A DNA stretch of 52,334 nt from Micromonosporaceae bacterium (GTDB lineage Bacteria; Actinomycetota; Actinomycetes; Mycobacteriales; Micromonosporaceae): positions 1-52,334 of the forward strand of contig WHSM01000001.1 in assembly GCA_009380105.1 (NCBI GenBank), read 5' to 3'. Positions 9,200 through 21,721 of this stretch are shown here, piece by piece. Each line of letters opens with the position of its first letter. Position 1 is the first letter of the stretch. The position numbers and the translations under genes were made by a program. A model generated the notes under the pieces. The model did not search any database, was not told the origin of the DNA, and saw only the letters and a list, made by a program, of their open reading frames with translations.

Positions 9200-10446
9200 T
9201 GGCGGCCACAGGCAGCGGCGTGGTCGCCGGATTCGCGCGCAGCAAGCTGGCGGTCGGTCTGGCGATCGCGGTGGCGTTGGTGCTCGCAGCCGTGGCAGCG
9301 GTCTTCCTGCTCGACCTGCGGGCCGGCGGCCGTACGGTCACGGCGCACTTCACCCGCACCGTCGGCATCTACCCCGGCTCCGACGTGCGCATACTCGGCG
9401 TCAAGGTGGGGGAGATCGAGGAGGTCGTCCCGCGGGGGAAGACCGTGCGCGTCACGATGAACTACTCCACCGAGTACCAGGTCCCGGTGGACGTCAAGGC
9501 CATCGTCGTGCCGCCCAGCCTGGTCTCCGACCGGTACATCCAGCTCGCGCCTGTGTACAAGGGCGGCCGCGAGCTGGCGAACCACGCGACGCTCTCGAAG
9601 AGCCGCACCGTGGTCCCGCTCGAGCTGGACGAGGTGTACTCGTCGCTGGACGAGCTCGGCCGGGCGCTCGGCCCCGAGGGCGCCAACTCCACCGGTGAGC
9701 TCTCCCGGCTGCTCAAGACCGAACGGAAGAACCTGGAAGGCAACGGCGAGCAGCTCGGCAAGACCCTGTCCGACTTCTCCAAGGCGCTGGACACGCTCGC
9801 CAGCGGCCGCAAGGATCTGTTCGGCTCCATCAGCAACCTGCAGAAGTTCACCAAGGTGCTGGCGGACAGCGACAAGGAAGTGCGCCGCTTCAACAGCAAA
9901 CTCGCCTCCGTCTCCAAGCAGCTCTCGGCGGAGCGGGACGAGTTGTCCGGGGCCCTGCGCAGCCTCGCCAAGGCGCTGGGGCACGTGACGAAGTTCGTGC
10001 GGGACAACCGCAAGGAGCTGGTCAAGAACGTCGACCTGCTCACTGACGTCACGTCCTCGCTGGTCAAGCAGCAGTCGGCGCTGATCGACGTGCTGGACTT
10101 CGCTCCTGTGGGCGCGTCGAACCTGGCGCTGTCGTACAACCCGCGCTCCGGCACCATCGACGCCAGGGACACCCTGATGGGGCCGTACGATCCCGCGTCG
10201 TTCGTGTGCTCGCTGATGGTGCACGTGCTGCCGACCGACGACATCCCGCAGGCCTGCTTCGACCTGGCGCAGCGCCTGCACGACGGTGGCGCGCAGCTCA
10301 CGCCCGAGCTGGGCAAGCTGCTCGGGCTGTCGGTGCCGACCCCCGGCCCGAAGGGCGGCTCCGACAAGAAGAAGGGCCCGCTCCCCAGCGGGGAGTCGCA
10401 GTCGAGCGATCCGACGTTCGGCGGCATTCTGGGAGGCTCACGATGA
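9196..10446 (+). CDS. MCE-family substrate-binding protein 3
   Basis: TM helix plus VTAHFTRTVGIYPGSDVRILGVKVGEIEEV...PSLVSDRYIQLAP. GTG 9196 or ATG 9199 overlaps the upstream stop. Confidence 0.85.
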   Translation: MMAATGSGVVAGFARSKLAVGLAIAVALVLAAVAAVFLLDLRAGGRTVTAHFTRTVGIYPGSDVRILGVKVGEIEEVVPRGKTVRVTMNYSTEYQVPVDVKAIVVPPSLVSDRYIQLAPVYKGGRELANHATLSKSRTVVPLELDEVYSSLDELGRALGPEGANSTGELSRLLKTERKNLEGNGEQLGKTLSDFSKALDTLASGRKDLFGSISNLQKFTKVLADSDKEVRRFNSKLASVSKQLSAERDELSGALRSLAKALGHVTKFVRDNRKELVKNVDLLTDVTSSLVKQQSALIDVLDFAPVGASNLALSYNPRSGTIDARDTLMGPYDPASFVCSLMVHVLPTDDIPQACFDLAQRLHDGGAQLTPELGKLLGLSVPTPGPKGGSDKKKGPLPSGESQSSDPTFGGILGGSR

Positions 10447-11702
10447 TCTCGAGATTGCGTGGACTCCACCGACTCCGCAAGACGTGCGTCGCCTTCCTCG
10501 CGGCCGTCATGGCGTTGACGTTCGGCCTGGCCGGCTGCTCGAAGGACGGCGGCTCGGCGATCCCGCTGCCCGGCGGAGCGCCTCGCGGCGACTACTTCAC
10601 GATCACGGCCGAGTTCGACGATGTCCTCGACCTGGTGCCTGAGGCGTCGGTGAAGGTGAACGACGTCTCGGTCGGCAGCGTGGAGCGGATCTGGCTGCGC
10701 GGCTGGAAGGCGCGGGTCGCGCTGCGGATCGACAAGTCCGTCACGTTGCCGGACAACGCGATCGCGGCGCTGCGGCAGACCAGCCTGCTGGGCGAGAAGT
10801 TCGTCGCCCTGGACCCGCCGGAGCGCGGCAAGTCGTACGGGCGGCTCAGCGACGGCGATCTGATCCCGCTTGCTCGCACCAGGCGGAGCACCGACATCGA
10901 AGAGGTGTTCTCGGCGATGGCGATGCTGCTCAACGGCGGCGGACTGGCCGAGCTGCGGACCATCAACCGGGAGATCGGCAAGGCGCTCCACGGGCGCGAA
11001 GCCGATGTGAAGAAGACCTTGAAGGAGCTCAACCGCTTCGTCGGCGGCCTGGACGACCAGAAGAAGGACATCGTCCGCGCCATCGACGCGATGGACAAGC
11101 TGTCGGCGCGACTCGCCAAGGACCGCGGCAAGGTGGCCAAGGCGCTGGACTCGTTGGGCCCCGGTCTCAAGACGCTCGCGCAGCAGCGCAAGGATCTGGT
11201 GGCGATGCTCACCTCGTTGAAGAAGCTCGGCAAGGTGGGCACGAAGGTGATCAGGGCGAGCCGGGACGACACCGTGTCGGTGCTGCGCGACCTGCAGCCG
11301 GTGCTGACGGAGCTGGTGAAGGCCGGCGACGAGGTGCCGAAGCGCCTCTATTACCTGCTCACGTTCCCGGTCCCGCCGGAGGCGTTGAAGGCGATCCACC
11401 CGGACAAGACCGATCCGCGTCAACAGTTCGTGAACCTGAGCATTACGCTCGACCTCGACGCCAAGGTCATCCTGCACAACCTGACCTGCAATCCGGAGCC
11501 GGCGCCGGATGAGCCTGGCAGCCCTCCGCCGAGCGACCCTGACGACCGGTCCTCGGACCAGCCGTGTATAGGCGGTCACGAGCCAGAGTCGCCGGTGAAG
11601 CCTGGCGCGCCGGTGGCTCCGAGGGTTCCGGGCCTGCCGGGCGAGGCAGATGGCCAGCGGGGCGGTCTGGCCGACCTCCTCATAGGGGGCCTGACACGTT
11701 GA
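10443..11702 (+). CDS. MCE-family lipoprotein (MceE/Lpr-like), 4th and last MCE protein
   Basis: MISRLRGLHRLRKTCVAFLAAVMALTFGLAGCS carries a lipobox (LAGC). MlaD signature FTITAEFDDVLDLVPEASVKVNDVSVGSVERI...TSLLGEKFVALDPP. ATGA overlap with the upstream gene. The longer ORF start at 10206 is rejected. Confidence 0.8.
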   Translation: MISRLRGLHRLRKTCVAFLAAVMALTFGLAGCSKDGGSAIPLPGGAPRGDYFTITAEFDDVLDLVPEASVKVNDVSVGSVERIWLRGWKARVALRIDKSVTLPDNAIAALRQTSLLGEKFVALDPPERGKSYGRLSDGDLIPLARTRRSTDIEEVFSAMAMLLNGGGLAELRTINREIGKALHGREADVKKTLKELNRFVGGLDDQKKDIVRAIDAMDKLSARLAKDRGKVAKALDSLGPGLKTLAQQRKDLVAMLTSLKKLGKVGTKVIRASRDDTVSVLRDLQPVLTELVKAGDEVPKRLYYLLTFPVPPEALKAIHPDKTDPRQQFVNLSITLDLDAKVILHNLTCNPEPAPDEPGSPPPSDPDDRSSDQPCIGGHEPESPVKPGAPVAPRVPGLPGEADGQRGGLADLLIGGLTR

Positions 11703-11855
11703 TCCCGCGTCGTGCCCTGCGGCCCCGCCTGACGGTGGCTGCGGACGCGACGTGTGCTGTGTCCGGGTGACCCGGTTCTGACGGCGGGTGCCGTGTGTCG
11801 ACGCAGCGTGTGTTGAATGGGAGTGCATGATGACGGAAAGTAGCGAGGAGAGGAG

Positions 11856-12515
11856 GTGCAGCGCGTGATGGCGACTCGGCTGCCCCGCTCCGGCGGGTCC
11901 GGTCGCGGGGCCCGTTCCGGCGGCCCCGCTCGGCCCGCCCGTGCCGCTGGCTCGCGCAGCTCCGGCCGCAGACCTGAATCGGCCCGCGCCAGGCTGCCCA
12001 AGAAGCCGGATCCGTTCCGGCGTGAGCGCACGACATGGCTCGCCGTCAGCGTGGTGCTGACCCTGTTGCTCCTCGCCTCCATGGGCTTCGCCGGCTGGTG
12101 GGGCTACGACTGGTACGAGCAGCGGCAGGTCCGCGAGAGCCACAAGACCGCGGTCGCGGCCGCCCGCCAGACAGTGGTCGACTTCTTCTCGATCAGCGGC
12201 GACAGCGTCGACCGGGACGTGGAGCAGGTGATCCAGGGCGCGACCGGCACGTTCAAGGAAGAGTACGAGGCCGGCAGGGCGGAGCTGCGCACCGCTGTGA
12301 AAGAGAACAAGGTGAAGTCCGAGGGCAAGGTGCTGCGTGCTGGCCTGGTCAGCGGTGACAGCGACTCGGCGACGGTGCTGGTCGCGGCTGACGCCAACGT
12401 CAGGAACGCGAACTCGCCCAAGGGGCGCAAGGTGCATTACCGGGTTCAGGTCGAGATGTCGTACGACAAGAAGAGCGAACGCTGGTTGGTCGCCGACCTG
12501 AAGTTCGTCGGATAG
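11856..12515 (+). CDS. Mce-associated membrane protein (Mas-like)
   Basis: Arg-rich N-terminus, one TM helix (WLAVSVVLTLLLLASMGFAGWWGY), then a C-terminal domain typical of Mas proteins encoded downstream of mce operons. Start is GTG 11856 or ATG 11868. Confidence 0.7.
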   Translation: MQRVMATRLPRSGGSGRGARSGGPARPARAAGSRSSGRRPESARARLPKKPDPFRRERTTWLAVSVVLTLLLLASMGFAGWWGYDWYEQRQVRESHKTAVAAARQTVVDFFSISGDSVDRDVEQVIQGATGTFKEEYEAGRAELRTAVKENKVKSEGKVLRAGLVSGDSDSATVLVAADANVRNANSPKGRKVHYRVQVEMSYDKKSERWLVADLKFVG

Positions 12516-12535
12516 CGCGGGAGTTCACCAAGACG

Positions 12536-13717
12536 ATGGCGAGATATGTGCCCAGGGCGCTGCGTGGTCGCTCCGCGGACGGCCCGGAACCCACGGAGGA
12601 GTTCGCAGCCCGGCGACGGGAGGCGGAGAACGCCGCGGAGTCCGCGTCCGAGCCGGTGTCCGGCTCCAGCGCTGACGACGGCGACGCGACGGGGAACGAC
12701 GACGCGACGGCGAACGACGACGAGGCGACACCGAAAGACGGCGACGCGACGGCGAAGAACGGCGACCGCGCCGCCGCCCGGCGGCGGCGTCCGCAGCCGC
12801 GAGCGGCTGCGTCCGACTCCGCGCCGGCCGCTGATGACGCTGACGGCGCAGCGGAGGACGTTGACCCGGCTGAGGGGCAGGACGTCCCCGAGCGCGACGC
12901 GGAGCGTGCCCCCGAGCCCGACGAGCCAGACGCGGACGTCGAGCCCGAGGCAGACGACAAGCTGGACGCGGAGGACGAGGACGTCGAGCCCGAGGCGGAC
13001 GACGAGCCCGAGGACGAGGACGCCGAGCGCGAGAAGCCCAGATCGGGACGGATCGGCGCAGCCGCGGGGCGCGCCAAGCGCGGCCGGTCCACGTCCGACG
13101 ACGCGGCGGGCAGGACCTCGGGCGCGCGCGGCCCGGCAGGTCGCAAGGTGGCGGCGCCGCGCGCCCGCATGAGCCGCCGGGCTCGGGAAGCCGAGGCGGC
13201 GGTCGCGCGGTTGCGCCGCACCGCGGCCGCCATCGGCGTCTGGGCGCTGATCTTCGCGCTGCTGGCCGGCGGAGCGTACTACCTCAAGAGCAGCGCGGAG
13301 GCCACTGCCCGGGCGGACAGGGAGGCGACGGCGGCGGCCGCCGCTGCCGCCGAGGCGATCTTCTCGTACGACTACCGCTCATTCGACGACAGCGTGGCCA
13401 ACGGCCTGGCCTTCACGACCGGGGATTTCAAGAAGGAGTACCGCAAGACGACCGGGAGCCTGAAGGCCACTGCTGTGAAGGAGAAGGCCGTGGTGCGCGC
13501 CAACGTGAAGTTGATGAGCGTGGCTGACCGGCCGGCCGACTGCGGGGAGGACGCGGCGGAGTGCGTCGAGGTGCTCCTGTACGTCAACCAGTTCCGGACC
13601 AACGCGAACATCAAGGGTGAGAAGGTGGATCAGAACCGGGTGGTCCTGACCATGGTCCGGATCCGCGACGAGAAGACCGGCCACGACTGGTTGGTCCGGG
13701 ACGCGCTGGCGATCTGA
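12536..13717 (+). CDS. Mce-associated membrane protein (Mas-like) with ~230-aa acidic low-complexity N-terminus
   Basis: TM helix AAIGVWALIFALLAGGAYYL, then AIFSYDYRSFDDSVANGLAFTTGDFKKEYRKT..., a Mas-type domain paralogous to 11856-12515. The N-terminus is Asp/Glu/Ala-rich with repeats. Confidence 0.7.
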   Translation: MARYVPRALRGRSADGPEPTEEFAARRREAENAAESASEPVSGSSADDGDATGNDDATANDDEATPKDGDATAKNGDRAAARRRRPQPRAAASDSAPAADDADGAAEDVDPAEGQDVPERDAERAPEPDEPDADVEPEADDKLDAEDEDVEPEADDEPEDEDAEREKPRSGRIGAAAGRAKRGRSTSDDAAGRTSGARGPAGRKVAAPRARMSRRAREAEAAVARLRRTAAAIGVWALIFALLAGGAYYLKSSAEATARADREATAAAAAAAEAIFSYDYRSFDDSVANGLAFTTGDFKKEYRKTTGSLKATAVKEKAVVRANVKLMSVADRPADCGEDAAECVEVLLYVNQFRTNANIKGEKVDQNRVVLTMVRIRDEKTGHDWLVRDALAI

Positions 13718-13959
13718 GCGACAGGGCTCGCGCGCGGCCCGCGTCCCGCCCGGCGCGCCCCCGCCGGGTGGCCAGCGGGCTCCTCCGCGGTGTCTGCGGG
13801 TCGTGGGCGCCCCGTTGCGCCGGGACACTCGGGCGCGGCCCTTGACTCCAGAGGGATGATGAAGGCACGCTAGGTGCTAGTCGCCTCCCATGACGGCCGC
13901 TGAGGAGGGCGGGCTAAGCCCGCCGAAAACGGCATATGGGTCGCTGTGCGCCCGTGGCC

Positions 13960-13988
13960 TCGACAGCGGTGGGGCTTTCGGCTACACT
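13960..13988 (+). promoter_or_regulatory. Candidate rpoBC promoter
   Basis: TCGACA (13960-13965), 17-nt spacer, TACACT (13983-13988), ~105 nt upstream of the rpoB GTG. Pattern match only. Confidence 0.3.
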
Positions 13989-14092
13989 GCTAGTTTGCGC
14001 TGCCTTCCGTTTGATACCTGTCCGGATTTGCGGGATTCTGTCCAGATCGCGGAGATTCGAGCCAGGACGTTCGGGGTGCGCGCATAACGGCC

Positions 14093-17554
<3,462 letters not shown>

Positions 17555-17628
17555 GTGAGGCAGCTGAGTCGGCAGGCGCCGACGACAAACTTGCGAGATC
17601 GCGAGCCACGAGTTAAGGACTGGACAAC

Positions 17629-20600
17629 GTGCTCGATGTGAACTTCTTTGACGAGCTGCGGATCGGCTTGGCGACAGCCGACGACATCCGTCAGTGGTCG
17701 CACGGCGAGGTCAAGAAGCCTGAGACGATCAACTACCGAACGCTCAAGCCGGAGAAGGACGGCCTTTTCTGCGAGAAGATCTTCGGTCCCACCCGGGACT
17801 GGGAGTGCTACTGCGGCAAGTACAAGCGGGTGCGCTTCAAGGGCATCATCTGTGAGCGCTGCGGGGTCGAGGTGACCCGTGCCAAGGTGCGGCGCGAACG
17901 GATGGGTCACATCGAGCTGGCCGCGTCGGTGACGCACATCTGGTACTTCAAGGGTGTGCCGAGCCGGCTGGGGTATCTGCTCGACATCGCCCCGAAGGAT
18001 CTTGAGAAGATCATCTACTTCGCGGCGTACGTGATCACCAGCGTCGACGCCGAGGCGCGGCACCGTGATCTGTCGACGGTCGAGAACGAGATCGGCGCGG
18101 AGAAGCGGCAGCTGGAGAACCGCCGCGACGCCGACGTCGACGGGCGCGCCAAGAAGCTGGAGTCCGACCTCGCCGAGCTGGAGGCCGAGGGCGCCAAGAG
18201 CGACGTGCGACGCAAGGTCAAGGAGTCCGGCGAGCGTGAGATGCGCCAGCTCCGGGACCGGGCGCAGCGCGAGCTCGACCGGCTCGACGAGGTGCTCGAC
18301 ACCTTCCGGAAGCTGGAGCCGCGGCAGTTGGTCGCCGACGAGCTGCTCTACCGGGAGCTGCGCGACCGGTTCGGCGAGTACTTCACCGGCGGCATGGGCG
18401 CCGAGGCGATCAAGTCGCTGCTGGAGAACCTCAACCTCGAGGACGAGGCCCAGTCGCTACGGGAGACCATCCGCAGCGGCAAGGGGCAGCGGAAGATCCG
18501 GGCGCTGAAGCGGCTGAAGGTGGTCGCCCATTTCCTGAACACCCGCAACAGCCCGGTCGGGATGGTGCTCGACTGCGTCCCGGTGATCCCGCCGGATCTG
18601 CGTCCGATGGTGCAGTTGGACGGCGGCCGGTTCGCCACCTCCGACCTGAACGACCTGTACCGCCGCGTGATCAACCGGAACAACCGGCTCAAGCGCCTGA
18701 TCGACCTGGGCGCGCCCGAGATCATCGTCAACAACGAGAAGCGGATGCTGCAGGAGGCCGTTGACGCGCTGTTCGACAACGGCCGCCGTGGCCGGCCGGT
18801 GACCGGCCCGGGCAACCGTCCGCTGAAGTCGCTGTCGGACATGCTGAAGGGCAAGCAGGGCCGGTTCCGTCAGAACCTGCTCGGCAAGCGGGTCGACTAC
18901 TCCGGCCGTAGCGTGATCGTGGTCGGCCCACAGCTCAAGCTGCACCAGTGCGGCCTGCCCAAGCAGATGGCGTTGGAGCTGTTCAAGCCGTTCGTGATGA
19001 AGCGACTGGTGGACCTCAACCACGCGCAGAACATCAAGTCCGCCAAGCGGATGGTGGAGCGGCAGCGGCCCGTGGTGTGGGACGTGCTGGAGGAGGTCAT
19101 CGGGGAGCACCCGGTGATGCTCAACCGGGCGCCCACGCTGCACCGGCTGGGCATCCAGGCGTTCGAGCCGCAGCTGGTCGAGGGCAAGGCGATCCAGATC
19201 CACCCCTTGGTCTGCACCGCGTTCAACGCGGACTTCGACGGCGACCAGATGGCGGTGCACGTGCCGCTGTCGGCCGAGGCGCAGGCCGAGGCCCGGATCC
19301 TGATGCTGTCCAGCAACAACATCCTCAAGCCGGCCGACGGCAAGCCGGTGACCATGCCCACCCAGGACATGATCATCGGCCTGTACCACCTCACCCACAT
19401 GCGGGAAGGCATGAAGGGCCAGGGCCGGGTGTTCTCCTCCGACGCCGAGGCCGTCATGGCGTACGACAGCGGAGAGCTGCACCCGCAGGCCAAGGTCACG
19501 ATCCGGTTCAAGGACCTGACCGGCATGGACGAGGCGATGGGCAAGCCCGCCCCGATGCCGGACGGCTGGGAGCCGGGTCAGTCCGCGCTGGTGGAGACCA
19601 CGCTGGGGCGGGTGCTGTTCAACGAGACCCTCCCCGAGACGTACCACTTCGTCAACTACGAGATCCGCAAGGGACAGCTCTCGGCGATCATCAACGATCT
19701 CGCGGAGCGGTTCCTCAAGGTGGAGTTGGCGGCCACGCTGGACGCGCTCAAGGAGGCCGGCTTCCACTGGGCCACCTGGTCCGGCGTCACGATCGCCATC
19801 GAGGACGTCATCCGCCCGCCGGGCAAGCAGCAGATCCTGGATCGGCACGAGAAGGACGCCCAGCGCATCGACAAGCAGTACCAGCGGGGTCTGATGACCG
19901 CCGAGGAGCGGCGCGGCGAGCTGATCGAGATCTGGACCAAGGCGACGAACGAGATCGCCAAGGAGATGGAAGAGGCGCTGCCGCAGACCAACCCGCTGTG
20001 GACCATGATCCACTCGGGTGCCCGAGGCAACCTGCTGCAGCTGCGTCAGATCGCCGCGATCCGTGGTCTGGTGGCCAACCCGAAGGGTGAGATCATCCCG
20101 CGGCCGATCAAGTCCAGTTATCGCGAGGGCTTGTCGGTGCTGGAGTACTTCATCTCCACGCACGGCGCCCGGAAGGGTCTGGCGGACACGGCGCTGCGTA
20201 CCGCGGACTCCGGTTACCTGACCCGGCGTCTGGTGGACGTGTCGCAGGACGTCATCATCCGTGAGCTGGACTGCGGCACCGACCGGGCGATCCGGATGCC
20301 GATCGGCGAGGTGGTGGACGGCAAGCTCGTCAAGCACGAGTACGCCGAGACCGGCGTGTACGCGCGCGGCCTGGCCACGGACGTGCAGGACGCCGACGGC
20401 AAGCTGGTGGCCGAGGCCGGCAGCGACCTGAACGCGATCCTGACCGACAAGCTGATCGCTGCGGGCGTCGGCGAGGTGCGGGTGCGGAGCGTCCTCACGT
20501 GCGAGTCGAAGCTCGGCGTGTGCGCGGCCTGCTACGGCCGTTCGCTGCCGACCGGCAAGCTGGTGGACGTCGGCGAGGCGGTCGGCATCATCGCCGCCCA

Positions 20601-21516
20601 GTCGATCGGTGAGCCGGGCACTCAGCTGACAATGCGGACCTTCCACACGGGTGGCGTCGCCGGTGACGACATCACCCAGGGTCTGCCCCGGGTGCAGGAG
20701 ATCTTCGAGGCGCGGGTGCCGAAGGGCAAGGCGCCGATCGCGGAGACTCCGGGTCGGGTGCGGATCGAGGAGGGCGAGAAGTCGCGGAAGATCGTCGTCA
20801 TCCCGGACGACGGCAGCGACGAGCTCGTCCACGACAAGATCCCGCGCCGGGTGCGGCTGCGGGTGGCGGACGGTGACAGCATCGGGGTCGGCGAGAAGCT
20901 CGTCGAGGGCACCATCGACCCGCACGAGCTGCTGCGGATTCTGGGCCCCCGGTCGGTGCAGATGCACCTGGTCAGCGAGGTTCAGGACGTGTATCGCTCA
21001 CAGGGTGTGCAGATCCACGACAAGCACATCGAGATCATCATCCGTCAGATGCTGAAGCGGGTGACGGTGATCGACTCGGGTTCGACCGACTTCCTGCCGG
21101 GCTCCCTGGTGGATCGGGCGCACTTCGAGGCGGAGAACCGACGCGCGGTCGCGGAGGGCGGCGAGCCGGCCTCCGGGCGTCCGATGCTGATGGGCATCAC
21201 CAAGGCGTCGCTCGCCACCGAGTCGTGGCTGTCGGCGGCCTCCTTCCAGGAGACCACCCGGGTGCTCACGGACGCCGCGATCCAGGCCAAGAGCGACTCG
21301 CTGATCGGTCTGAAGGAGAACGTGATCATCGGAAAGCTGATCCCGGCGGGCACCGGTATCTCCAAGTACCGGAACATCCGGGTGGAGCCGACCGAGGAGG
21401 CCAAGTCCAGGGTGTACTCGATGACCGGGTACACCGAGGCGGACTACGGCTTCGGGACCGGCAGCGGCCAGGCTGTCCCGCTGGACGACTTCGACCTGGG
21501 GTCGTTCGGCAGGTAG
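17629..21516 (+). CDS. rpoC: DNA-directed RNA polymerase subunit beta'
   Basis: 1295 aa. Zn finger [23 protein letters not shown], catalytic [12 protein letters not shown], trigger-loop and bridge-helix regions. Confidence 0.97.
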   Translation: MLDVNFFDELRIGLATADDIRQWSHGEVKKPETINYRTLKPEKDGLFCEKIFGPTRDWECYCGKYKRVRFKGIICERCGVEVTRAKVRRERMGHIELAASVTHIWYFKGVPSRLGYLLDIAPKDLEKIIYFAAYVITSVDAEARHRDLSTVENEIGAEKRQLENRRDADVDGRAKKLESDLAELEAEGAKSDVRRKVKESGEREMRQLRDRAQRELDRLDEVLDTFRKLEPRQLVADELLYRELRDRFGEYFTGGMGAEAIKSLLENLNLEDEAQSLRETIRSGKGQRKIRALKRLKVVAHFLNTRNSPVGMVLDCVPVIPPDLRPMVQLDGGRFATSDLNDLYRRVINRNNRLKRLIDLGAPEIIVNNEKRMLQEAVDALFDNGRRGRPVTGPGNRPLKSLSDMLKGKQGRFRQNLLGKRVDYSGRSVIVVGPQLKLHQCGLPKQMALELFKPFVMKRLVDLNHAQNIKSAKRMVERQRPVVWDVLEEVIGEHPVMLNRAPTLHRLGIQAFEPQLVEGKAIQIHPLVCTAFNADFDGDQMAVHVPLSAEAQAEARILMLSSNNILKPADGKPVTMPTQDMIIGLYHLTHMREGMKGQGRVFSSDAEAVMAYDSGELHPQAKVTIRFKDLTGMDEAMGKPAPMPDGWEPGQSALVETTLGRVLFNETLPETYHFVNYEIRKGQLSAIINDLAERFLKVELAATLDALKEAGFHWATWSGVTIAIEDVIRPPGKQQILDRHEKDAQRIDKQYQRGLMTAEERRGELIEIWTKATNEIAKEMEEALPQTNPLWTMIHSGARGNLLQLRQIAAIRGLVANPKGEIIPRPIKSSYREGLSVLEYFISTHGARKGLADTALRTADSGYLTRRLVDVSQDVIIRELDCGTDRAIRMPIGEVVDGKLVKHEYAETGVYARGLATDVQDADGKLVAEAGSDLNAILTDKLIAAGVGEVRVRSVLTCESKLGVCAACYGRSLPTGKLVDVGEAVGIIAAQSIGEPGTQLTMRTFHTGGVAGDDITQGLPRVQEIFEARVPKGKAPIAETPGRVRIEEGEKSRKIVVIPDDGSDELVHDKIPRRVRLRVADGDSIGVGEKLVEGTIDPHELLRILGPRSVQMHLVSEVQDVYRSQGVQIHDKHIEIIIRQMLKRVTVIDSGSTDFLPGSLVDRAHFEAENRRAVAEGGEPASGRPMLMGITKASLATESWLSAASFQETTRVLTDAAIQAKSDSLIGLKENVIIGKLIPAGTGISKYRNIRVEPTEEAKSRVYSMTGYTEADYGFGTGSGQAVPLDDFDLGSFGR

Positions 21517-21536
21517 CGAGGACGCCTCACGACGCT

Positions 21537-21573
21537 GGCGGCCGGCTGTCCCCTCGCGGGACAGCCGGCCGCC
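21537..21573 (+). terminator. Terminator hairpin after rpoC
   Basis: Perfect 16-bp stem GGCGGCCGGCTGTCCC (21537-21552) pairs with GGGACAGCCGGCCGCC (21558-21573), 5-nt loop, 21 nt after the stop. No U-tract, which is common in actinomycetes. Confidence 0.6.
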
Positions 21574-21636
21574 TCACGTTGCGATCGTCGCGGCGAGCTG
21601 GGCACGGTGCGCCAGCCGTGAGCGGCATCACTTTTG

Positions 21637-21704
21637 ATACGCGGCCGTTTCGTATTTACGGCACGGGGGGTAACGTCGATCGCAAATACGAGACGTTAAC
21701 GTAT
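21637..21704. promoter_or_regulatory. Two ATACG-N9-CGTAT palindromic sites (candidate TetR operators) in an AT-rich promoter region of the MFS-TetR operon
   Basis: Site 1 is 21637-21655 (ATACGcggccgtttCGTAT). Site 2 is 21686-21704 (ATACGagacgttaaCGTAT) and contains the 10-bp palindrome ACGTTAACGT. Site 2 ends 17 nt before the MFS GTG. Confidence 0.35.
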
Positions 21705-21721
21705 CGATAAAGGGGGCGTGG

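Noticed and set aside
9462-12437. Very long antisense ORFs, such as 991 aa at 9462-12437(-), 924 aa at 14375-17149(-), 836 aa at 18457-20967(-), 645 aa at 6947-8884(-) and 621 aa at 26454-28319(-).
   Set aside because: They lie opposite unmistakable conserved genes (mce, rpoB, rpoC, fusA). Their translations are Arg/Gly/Pro/His-rich low complexity with no recognisable motifs. Stop-free antisense frames of this kind are the expected artefact of GC-rich DNA.
13749-13768. Hairpin CCCGGCG-cgcccc-CGCCGGG after the last Mas gene, as a possible terminator of the mce locus.
   Set aside because: The stem is short (7 bp, up to 10 bp with a wobble pair), pure GC and without a U-tract. It cannot be distinguished from the background of GC-rich inverted repeats, so it is not listed as a feature.
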